Source: Paragordius varius (taxonomy: Eukaryota > Animalia > Nematomorpha). Taken from it: 64,000 nucleotides of DNA. Below the pieces are notes generated by a model. The model saw only the letters and a program-made list of their open reading frames with translations, had not been told where the DNA came from and ran no database searches. Below, piece after piece: positions 1 through 10,693 of the stretch (positions are counted from its first letter, which is position 1; each line of letters opens with the position of its first letter). A program made the position numbers and the translations under genes. The DNA lies in the NCBI GenBank assembly GCA_964247055.1, contig OZ176055.1, forward strand, positions 6,448,001-6,512,000. Direction: 5' to 3'.

Positions 1-44
1 TTTGCTCATACGTTTTTTATTAAATTTAATAATATATAAAATAG

Positions 45-189
45 GGGAAAAACTGATTGGAAAAATGCTACATACTCGGGTTTCATTACTGGAGGAATAT
101 TAGGAATGAGAGCTGGATACAAAGCAGCAGCGTTGGGTGCTTTCGGATTTGGAGCATTTTCAACCCTTATCGAATATTTCATGCGATAA
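45..189 (+). CDS. TIMM22: Terminal exon of mitochondrial inner membrane translocase subunit Tim22 (gene starts upstream of the window)
   Basis: Acceptor AG at 43-44, then [47 protein letters not shown] (TAA 187-189). This matches the characteristic Tim22 C-terminus (RGKxDWKN..GCITGG.IGFRAG.KA...G..GFAAFS..IDYY.R). Confidence 0.88.
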
Positions 190-902
190 TTAAGTTTGAT
201 AGTCAAGTTTGGACCGTATTGCCATGCTACAGATTTTGGAGCAATACCGATATATAACACATTTTTAATACAAATAGCCAAATCAAACTATTATTATTGT
301 AAAAATTTGTTAAAGTGCCAAAAATGTGATAATCTTTTAATCAAATATATCTTTTGGCAATAAATACATTAATATTGTTAATTTATGGTAACCAGTCCAT
401 ATGTATCCATCTTACATTTAAAAAAAATTATTGAAACGTTTTTCCCAATTAAATTCTTACTCATGGTACTCTGTCTGTTGGTTCACCAATTGTGCGAAGG
501 GGTTTACCCCGTGTTGTTGTCATTGTCATGTAGATAAACTTAATTACACGATGTAGATTTGATTGGAGGATGTTGATAAATATAAACCAAAAGTTATACA
601 TTTACACTCATTAAGTTTTTAAGACCCAAAAATCTCGTGGAACCCTAAAATTAAACAAATAATAACTAGTTGCCCTACTGAAGCATGTTTAAGTTTCGTA
701 ATGGCGGACTAAAAGATGGTGTGTTTGGATTATTCACATCCGCAGTTGATCCAAATATGAAAACCCTAATTACCACAATCAAACTGGATTAGATGTTACC
801 ACTTAAGAAGCTTTAAAAGACACGTACACACGAAGCAAATCTTATGCAAAAATTGTCATTTGGGGGCAATGTTTTCCATTTAATGCTCAAAGAGTCATAG
901 AT

Positions 903-975
903 TTTGCTTATACATTTTTATTAAATTTAATAAAATAGGGGGAAAACTGATTGGAAAATGCTACATACTCGGGTT
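903..975 (+). pseudogene. Truncated duplicate of the TIMM22 intron end and last-exon start
   Basis: ttttgcttatacatttttattaaatttaataaaataggggggaaaactgattggaaaatgctacatactcgggtt repeats positions ~1-83 with 1-nt indels, and similarity then stops. Confidence 0.75.
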
Positions 976-2455
976 CTATTAACCGGAAACCTTCCAAATC
1001 AAATATATATCAAGGAATTAAGTTAAATATAACAGTGACAACAACACTGGGTGCACTCTTTCGGATTGGTTAACCTATTGTGAAAGTCCGTGTACTGTAT
1101 AAGTATTGGAAAAAACCTCTTAAAAGCATTTTCTATTATTATTTAAGATCATATCTTTAGTATACAAATATATCTTATATGTTAATGGTATAATTTTATA
1201 AAATTTTAAGTGCGCTTTGATGTAAGTATATTTTTATTAATTTGATTTTTTGTTTGTGTAAGGAATCCAATAGCTTGAATGTTTTTTGTAGAGTATGTTT
1301 TTCTACGCAGATTTATCCATTAATTGTATGGTTGGAAATCTCTAGAAATGGATTTGAATGCTTTTATGATTTTGGAAAGCCAGTATGTTCTTTTAGGTTA
1401 ATATATTATATCTTAGTACTTTTGTTATTTATCTTTGGGAAATTTTCGATCGATCATTTCACTGTGAAAGTTGTTGGGATGGCGTTCAATGTGTCTTAAT
1501 AACTCAATCCGTCTTTTATGATGACAAGATTGGTAAAATTTTAGCTAATTTTTAAGATTTGTTTGGATATTTTTCTTCTACTGTAGGACATCTTTACAAC
1601 ATTTACAAGTCGTCTCGGATTTCGTATCAATCTAGAAAAATCAAAAACTATCTTACTGTATCAAATAAATGAAAACAAATACTTGTACCATATCACGGAC
1701 TAAACACTTTAGAAAACTTTATTAAAAATAAAAAGATTTGGGCGTCGAAGGGAATTTTTCAATTACAACCTAACTGCAGCTCTTCAACGCCCTTGTCTTT
1801 TTATCCATTATTTATTACTTAGTAATCTGGGATGACATTAAATATATTGTCAACTCATTTCAAGTTCTTGGTCAAACTGCCTTGAAGAGTAAGCTGAAGA
1901 AAAGAAAGGAAATATTCAATAACAATAATATATATAAATTAACTAAAATTCCACCAATTTTGTCGCATATTTATAAAGACGGATTGAATTATTAGGTAAA
2001 CGTTACACCAACAACTTAATCAGTGAAACAATCGATCAAAAATCTCTCAAAGAGAAATAGCAAAAGTACTAAGATGCAATATAGCCTAAAAAACTTACCT
2101 GCCTTTCCAACCATAAACGCAATCACATACATTTCTAGAGACCTCAAGACAATACAATTACCGGATATATCTGCATTAAAAAACATACCATACAGAACGC
2201 TTCCAAGCGATTGGATCCCTCACAGAAGCAAAAAAATTAAATCACATAAAAAAATATATACTTTACTTAAAGCGCAGGTAATACACGATATTTTTTACGT
2301 TTTCTTATTGTTTAATAATCAAATCCAAACACTAATTAATATAAAATAAAATCATTTACCCGTAACATATATACGTTCACTAAAGAATGTTCAGAAAAAA
2401 AATAATAAAAAAATTTTTTTAAACAAATTTACCCTAACGTTTTTATTAGGTCTAA

Positions 2456-2790
2456 TATATCAATAGGGGACAGACTGATTACAAAAATTATGAGGGTTGC
2501 TGGATAAAGGCAGAAGCGCTAAGTTTGTTCGGATTTGGAATATTTCCTTATCAAATATTTTATGCGATAATTTAGTTTGCCAGATATCAATATTTAGGCA
2601 CCGATGTATTACAAACGTTGGCACAATAATGAAATATTGCACATTTAATTAGGAAATAGCCAATTATCAAAATATTATCATTGTAATTTTTTTATATCGC
2701 CAAGAATGTGATAATCTCCCAATAAAATAAATCTATTGGCAATAAATACATAAATAATGTTAATTTATCGTAATCGGTCCATATTTTAAT
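2456..2790 (+). pseudogene. Degenerate second duplicate of the TIMM22 last exon and 3' flank
   Basis: caataggggacagactgatt...ttcggatttggaatatttccttatcaaatattttatgcgataa aligns to 40-189 with deletions. The downstream 2570-2790 aligns to the 3' flank at 190-410. Confidence 0.7.
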
Positions 2791-2874
2791 ACCAGCTGCC
2801 TAATTAATATATATATATATATATATATTCCAAATTAAAAAAATTATTCATTTATAATTATTTTTTTGTCAAAC

Positions 2875-4654
2875 ATGTTCATCGGGTGTCTTTTTTTCTT
2901 GTTAAAGGGATTGAGTTTGTCTCAAGGTATGTTTGCCATAATAAATATCTAGCTATCGTCATGGCTTTCTCACCCAACTTGACTCTTTACGAATGGACTG
3001 ACATCAAAAACTCTAATTTGTCGTATCTGGATTATTTAATTTACCCAGGAAGTGAGTCAATCAATATCAAAAGTGACGCTACTCTGAAATTGGATACAAT
3101 AAGTAATATAATAGTACAAATATAAAATTTGTAATAATAAGTTTATGCGCCAAAAAATAATATTCCACCCCAGGCCTGTCCAACACAAATGACGTCGCGG
3201 GTCGCATTTTTGAATCAAAAAATCCGGCTGGCCGCATTTGGAAATATATGGGCATGAAACAGAATTTTTATTACCTTTTAGACTGGAAAAACAACCATTT
3301 ATTTTAACATTATTTGCCAGATTATTGCCAAAATTCGGAAAGATTTATCAAAAATTTTGTTAAAAAAATATTTTTTTTAGATTATAGAATTTCGATTTGA
3401 AATATTTCGGAGGGCCGCATGTTGGACACCCCTGTTCTATCCGAATTAAACAAATTATACCGAATTTCAATTTTTTTCTAGTAATTTACATGATAATGCT
3501 TAATGTAAACTTTAAGATTTTAGAGTTCGAATTTGGGACTGAAAATTGTTGTACAATAAAATTCATTTATTAATATCCCATTTTTATGCATGAAAATTTA
3601 TAAAGGCAAATAAACATGCTCATGACCACCATAATTTTTTTAAATAATATTGAATCGTCCAACCAACAATATTTTTAAATTAATTCTTTGTCTTACATTG
3701 GAAAATATATTTCTTGAACAACATATTTTTTATAGCACCAGAGGAATTGAGCAAGTTACGAGTATTAAAAAAGAAAAATGCTAACTTGAAAGTCCTACTA
3801 AACATTGTACAAAGTGAAACGTCAAATTTTACGTATATTTTTATAAATTTTCGAAATTACATCATATGTGCTTAATTAAATATTCCTATTTAAAGTTTTA
3901 GCCAATTAAATTCAGACGTTTTGGCTCAACGCTTTGCATTTAGCGTTCGGTCGACCATAATTCGTATATCTCAGTTTGATGGAGTTAACATAGAATGGGA
4001 TAGCCCGGATGCATCTCAGCGTTGTGATTTTTTCCGATTATTTAAAGTAAAAACTTGTTAGATAATAATATCATATATCTATACAAAAAAAGCTATAATT
4101 AATTATTCAATTATTTGCCGCAGTTGTGCCAAAAACTGGAATTTCTCCAGTTTATATAATATAATTTGATCTTAAAAATCAATTCTCGATGCACCATAAT
4201 ATAAGTTATATAGATTAAACAAATTACAAAAACAAATTAAGAAGTATTTGAATTAAACTATACGAAATAACTCATTTCGGAATCAAAGGTAAAAAATTTG
4301 GGCACTGCTTGATAATTTTTGATAATCATTTTCACATTTATTTTTTGGCTAATATATAAAAAGATTATATAAAATGCCTCCTATTAGATATTGAGAAATA
4401 CTACAAGAAATTATACTATAAGTTCAACTGTACCTGAAAATACAACATCATTGGCAGGATACGATATAAACGCTCTAAATCTGTATGTAATACATTTTTT
4501 CCTATACTAATACAATTTTATCACACATAATTTTGTCTCTATTAGGTATGCCGATTTTCTTATTGTAAAAACCGAAGGTTTTGATAATCCAGCAGACAAG
4601 CTATTTTTGGCCCCAACAATACCATTGCTTAATTGTACCTCTATACGGGAAATA
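2875..4654 (+). CDS. Secreted GH18 chitinase-like protein lacking the catalytic motif (5' six exons; 3' end unresolved)
   Basis: Phase-consistent GT-AG exons at 2875-2926 (MFIGCLFFLLKGLSLSQ, signal-like), 2953-3102, 3736-3832 (LKKKNANLKVLLNI), 3902-4046 (FDGVNIEWDSP, equivalent to FDGLDLDWEYP), 4388-4482 (SLAGYDINAL) and 4546-4654 (YADFLIVKT, equivalent to YLDFINLMT). Confidence 0.7.
3171..3434. mobile_element. hAT-type MITE with CAGGGGTGTCCAAC-like terminal inverted repeats
   Basis: Starts caggcctgtccaacac and ends gttggacacccctg; the internal sequence is shared with other copies in the window. Confidence 0.7.
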
Positions 4655-7061
4655 GTATACTTACACATTATTTATGAGTAGAAGTGTCAAGAGATATTGA
4701 ACGATTTTATAATATGTTACAAATTTTTCTAACTAATTAATATCTTTTTTAATCCTGACGATCGAGTATACATCAAAGAGTATGTCGTTTTCAAAGTACC
4801 ATTTGTGGGAAACTAAAATTAAATCAGGATCCACAACAGAAATGGCTTTGTGTGCGGGCCCATTTGAAAAATATATGGGCGTTAATGAATATTTTAATAA
4901 ATTTCAAACTTATAAAATATAAAAATACTGCAGACATAATATAACTGCGATTATTTAATCAAAAGGTAATAAATAGTTCGTTTTGATTCGCCAAGACTTA
5001 CTCAGAAAATGTATTTAAAAATATGAATTTTACTAAGATTTTGTGGATATCTTTTTTGCAATTTACACAATTTCATATATTTTGAATAATTTCCCAAGGG
5101 TTTGTCCATAATATACCCAAAAAAGATTTTGGGTCAGCTATTTTTAAAGAGTTTTTGGAACAAAGTTTAAAATTTTGCTAAAAGAATTTGCAATTAATAT
5201 ACAAAATTGTATAAATATATTTCTAAAACCTAGCTTCGATATTTAAAAGTAAGGCGTCCACAATGCAAATCAATTTATCTAAATTTTCTGATGGTGGGGA
5301 ATCCTGTAGGTCCTTTGTTAGGTAAAATGTGAAACAAACCACTCTTATAATATACAATTCTCAAATTGAACTTTATATTAAAAAATATATTTTTTTTACA
5401 GGTACCGCATTTAAACATACGCTTTTATTACAAAATATAGATTAAGAAAGTGTTTCAGGCTCTTGCACAAAAATTATTTAATTTAAACAGCCCTACGACA
5501 ATAACTAAACTAATCTTCGCATTTTAGACCAAAATCATGTGTTTTATCCAAAAATTTGCAATTTAGCTGATTCATAAAAATTAAGTAATGTAAAAAAGTT
5601 GATTGATAAAAATTGATTTTTCGGTTTATCTTAAGATGTATAGCAGGTACCTATTTTTTCTATCAAAAAATTAATAAAACATTTTCGGCCCAAAATTTGA
5701 CATACTATGTTTGTAAATGGGATGTTAACTTCCGTCATTGTTTTCGAAATTTTTTTATATCCTAATAATGGATTTGTGTCATTCATTATTTACGAGCATT
5801 TCATCTAATCCAGCTCTGTTTACCTATATAATAATGACCGCATTTTAATCGACAAAATTAATTTTCTTTTGATGATCAACTTTTAAAGAAAAAATGGGAG
5901 ATTTGAAGAATAGTTTATTCAATTATTAATATTGTCCTCATATTAAGATTATTTGTTCTACTTAATAAACCATTGCCAATAATTAATTTGGACAGAAAAT
6001 TAAATGGAGAATGTAATTTAACGATATATTTTTATAATAATTTTAAGTACCACTAAAGTCAGGTTTAATATTCTATTATTATATGAGTAGGGCATATTTT
6101 TGATAAATCGTAACCTTTTTTTCCACACATATCACATTATATTTGCAATTATTCAATTTTTACTTTGTTTGTAAAGAACGATACCATCACAGCTTGGACA
6201 AACAGGGATTTAACGTTGAATAATTCCCAAATTTTGATTGGTATGGGTATGTTTGCTTATAGTTGGGATTTGCTTACATGCACCTATGATAGCAACCAAA
6301 TGCAAGATGTGCCGGAAACCACTTCATAGCTGAACACACAAGTGTGGTCCTATCCATTTTTTTCTTTATTTCTTTGAATAAAAAGTCTCCTCATTTATGA
6401 CCGTTAAAATCAATCAACCATTCATTTATTTTTTATTCAATTGTAACTAAATTTATTTATTTCATATATAATAATAATATATTGCAATGTTATTAACCAA
6501 AACAAATTATTGATAATAATGTAATAATAAATAGTGCAAGGTTTTAGATTATAAATTAAATTTGTACATTAAAGTGTAATGGAAATGGATTTGAAAAATT
6601 TTCCCCGAACTTTGTTGTTGGACCAAATAAGGATACTAGGCATTAATATTCTATATATATTTGCACAAAGTATAACGGGGGTTTTAAAAAACTTATGTTG
6701 AAATGAGAAAAGAGCGACATTAGCTCTAAATAATTTCCCAATCCCTTTAACTAAAAACAAGGATTTATAACAAAATAGTCTCTAATTAATTTTCAAAAAC
6801 ATTGGTACTATCTATAAATTTTAAATAAATTATGATTCCAGGAAATTTGAAATACTGACATACAATACAAATTAATAATTCACATATAATATATTAATCT
6901 TGGGATCGGGATATTAAAGAATAATATGTGATATAAATGAGGGTTAAATGTAAATTAAATACAATGAATGATATGAAATACTGTGTTATAATACTGATGG
7001 GATAAAATGCTAAAACTATAAAAATTTGATAATGACAAATTAATTATTTGATAATCCGCGT

Positions 7062-10000
7062 TCAAGTGTCAGATTTAAATAATTGGCCACTTAGGTAGGG
7101 ATAGACTAGGGCAAAATCTTTTTGGGATGATTTAGCATGGGCATTCAGCAACTTGTAAATTTGATGAGCTAAACTTCCCAGCGGTGTATCTATGCAATTA
7201 TCGTTGGCCAGATTTTGACCAATTTTTAAATCCTATGAAGTGAAGGAACATACATCATTTAATTAATGATTTATATCTCGCTAAAAACTTTTATAAACAA
7301 AAATTAATTGAACTAAAAAAACTAATTAAAAAGTAAGCAAGCAAAGGCAAAAATTAAAAATTGTAAATCTTAATTCATTTAAACGCATTTTATCTTTAAA
7401 ATGGTTAATATTATCTGTGTAGAGCAGGGGGTGTCTAACAGGTGGCCAAACAAGACATTATGTGCGGCCCGCAAAAAATTTGTAAATTCATCATAATATG
7501 GAAAAATTAGTTCACAAAATCTTAGCTAAATTCATATTTGTTAAACAAATTTTCAGAATACGTCCATCCAATTAATCAAATAAGAAAAAAATGTTGTATT
7601 GTGTTTGCATTTTTACATGGGCTTATGTTTGATATATAATAATAAATTATTTATTAATGCCCATATATATTTCAAATGCATCCCGCGAAAGTATTTGTTA
7701 TGTTAGACACTCGTGGTGTGGAGGCTAAAAAAATAAAATTTTTACTTTGCACATTAAAGAAACGCGAAATCCATCCTTGTAATCATTGTTACTTGGTAAT
7801 TGAGACAGTTTTCCTTCAGTTAAAACGCCAGGCACTGGATTATAGTTAGATGAGCACCAATTCTGACCCGTACTGGCATTTAAAATGTTTGTCAAAACTT
7901 TGGCATCCAATCCAAGTCTAACATATGGATAAATAGTTAAATCATTTTTTATTCAACAAAATGACACTTTGAATTTGGGTAGTTAAATACCAGACCATCT
8001 TTAAATAAGGTGACAATAAAATTCGACATCGGGCAGCTTTAAGATTTGGCAATAAATATTTTAATATAAAACTTTCCCCGTCGAATTTTTTATTAAAAAA
8101 TGCATTTTTTTAATATACTTTATCAATTCTACCTTCAAAAATTTTAAAAATGCCTATAACTTTACGACCAAATTTTCGTATCCAGGATCCATAAAACAAT
8201 TTTAATTATTGTTTATTTTGATTTAATCAATGTTATTTAAGTTATTAGCTTAAATATAATTTCCATATAATCCCTTTTTACAATATTTAATTTAAATTGC
8301 CCTAGGTGGAGCTAGCCTTTTTAATTTATATCGAAGGATATGAATGGATAACAATGTTTTTGAGAATTATTTATTATATTGTATGGTAATTTTTATCAAA
8401 TATGTCACCAGTGAATATTTCGTTATATAAAATCCACAACCTACCGAGTTAAATAAACAGTGCCCATATATCAGCTCATAATAAGCCTTGTTTAGTTTAA
8501 AAAAAAACTCATTATGGGAACTATAACGCAATATGCGCAATAGACTTACAGTAAATAATGCTAAAAATGGCAAAAACTCGTAAGATATATAATTCCGCTT
8601 TCAGTACTAAAATTCAAATTTTCGGTTATTTATAATCAAATTAAACTAAACAAGACTAACTTTTGGCCCATGTGAAGGGATTCACTTGTACCAATCATAC
8701 AAATGGCAAGTAACATATTATTGCATAATTTAGCTATAAGACCACTGCCCACGTCATGGCCACAATGGAATAGTTTACGCCCCATTGCGGGTATTATGTA
8801 GGGTTCAATGCGTTTCACCACTTCAGCTGGTCCACCAACCATAAAGCATAGAGTTGCGTCACGTGCTCCGGGGACTCCTATAATATATATGTTGGTTTTT
8901 AATAAAACATGTATTTTTTAAATTAATTTTATTCAGCGTCTGTTGGATTAAATTTAATCGTAATAAGCGGAAATTTGCATGCGAACAAATAAATTTGGTT
9001 ATTGTGGAATTTAGAGATATTCAATTAGAAATTATATTTAATATTAAAATGTGAGTGTATTTTACATATGCATTTTTTACATGATGGGCTAAATTTTTTT
9101 TATTGAATACCTTAAATTTGAATGAAATTAAAATAAAGTTATAATTATTGGGTTAAAACAACTATAGTTTGATTTTCTATCGATAGATGCATTTAAAATT
9201 ATAAAGAAGATGAGATAAAATTGGGAATCCATTTATGAATCATAAAACATACCAGAAGAACTTTCAATCAAATATATATTAACTATATAAAATTAAAAAT
9301 AAAATGAATTTAAAAGTTTCAAGTTTTTTAGGATTCTGAAAGCTGATGAGTTTCGCTATCCGAAAACCCTATTAGAATAATATTTTTTACTTTAACCGTA
9401 TATGGTATAAGGTCATTTTAAAATAGCCTAAACAAATTATTTGGATTGACTTAAAATTGGTTAACTTTCACAAGTGATATCTTTGAAATATTTTTTGAAC
9501 TTATCCAATTTTTTGGATTGGTAAAAAAGTCAAGAGTTAAAAAATTATAAATTGAAATTAAAGATTCAAGGAAACATGTGTTTTAATTATTATAATTTAA
9601 ATATTAATACTGAAGAAAGGTTTGTAATATCGTTTTCTGATCTAAAGAAAAATGCATGTTAAGCTAAAATAGACATTTTTAAAGAGAATGTAAGCATTTG
9701 AATTTTAGTGATTGGTTTAATTCCGACACATAAATAATATAAAAAATTATACTTTATAACAGTGGTAGTAAAGCCGCGACCCACGGGTCGCATGCGGCTG
9801 TGGTTTTTGTGGCCCAAAATTATTTTTTAAATTTTTAACGTACTTATTTGTAAAAATATATGCAAATGTGTCCCACAAGTATAGGTATTACATTGTGCAC
9901 TGTTCAAGAGACAAAAATATTATTTCGGACCTCTTAAACTTTTTTTACTATTATTTTAGAAGGATAAAAACGCTTGCTTTAACATATTTTGTTATGCTAT

Positions 10001-10649
10001 GATTCACTTTATATTTTACTTGATACCAATTTTATTACATCCATGGGAAACAAAACTAAAGTCATGGAGTACTATTCATTAAATTCTTAAGTAGTCCAAA
10101 GTTAAACGGAAAAAATTAGCTCGAACTTGACTAAAACAATTCTAAAACGATAAAAAAGCATGCAAAAAAGTGTAATGACAAATTATGCATACCGCCTGAA
10201 ACAGGTGCATCTATAAAAGTCGATCCCTTTTCAGCCAAAGCTTTTGCTATCGTTTGAGATGTTTGTGGAGATATTGTGCTGCTGTCTATACAAATATGGT
10301 TGGAACTTAAATTTCTACATTTTTAAGATATGATAATATACTTGATCAAACCGTCGTGACCAAGATAAACATGTTTCACTATTTCATCGTGAGGTAACAT
10401 GGTAAAAATAACATGTGCTTGCGAGGCAACATCCATTGGTAATTTAGCAAACGAACAACGTTTGCTATCCACCGTTTTCTTCATATTATCAACAGTTACG
10501 GCATCATTATCGCACAAAGTAAATTTAGATGAAGCCAATTTTTCAGATTTCATTAAATTTCTGGACATGTGTGATCCCATTAAACCGACTCCGATGAATC
10601 CGAAATCGTGATTTATATGGGTAGAAAAACTACGGATTATTTGAAGCAT
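7062..10649 (-). CDS. HIBADH: 3-hydroxyisobutyrate dehydrogenase, mitochondrial (5 exons, 329 aa)
   Basis: Exons 10649-10342, 10314-10193, 8877-8661, 7917-7746 and 7232-7062 join in frame (990 nt). Motifs: GFIGVGLMG (Rossmann), IDSSTISP, FIDAPVSGG, MVGG, AKLCNNMLLAI, ILNASTG, YKDGFRVSLMCKDL, LGSLAHQIY. Confidence 0.95.
7425..7715. mobile_element. hAT (Buster/Charlie-like) MITE in HIBADH intron 4 with 8-bp target-site duplication
   Basis: TIRs cagggggtgtctaaca ... tgttagacactcgtg, flanked by gtgtagag (7417-7424) and gtgtggag (7716-7723). Confidence 0.75.
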
Positions 10650-10693
10650 TTTTAAATTGCCACACCCATATATATGTATGAAACAAATTTTAT
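10650..10693. promoter_or_regulatory. 44-bp interval between the divergent start codons of HIBADH and SLC38A9 (shared bidirectional promoter or overlapping 5' ends)
   Basis: ATG at 10649 (minus) and ATG at 10694 (plus); both ORFs show family homology close to their N-termini. Confidence 0.6.

Noticed and set aside
6-281. Antisense ORFs over real exons (also 10399-10611, 11151-11396, 12127-12330, 15273-15635, 52926-53111, 54680-54922)
   Set aside because: These are shadow frames of identified coding sequence on the other strand.
2023-2349. 108-aa Lys/Ile-rich ORF
   Set aside because: It has a GTG start, no recognisable motif and no partner exons I could join; it lies among decayed duplicated sequence.
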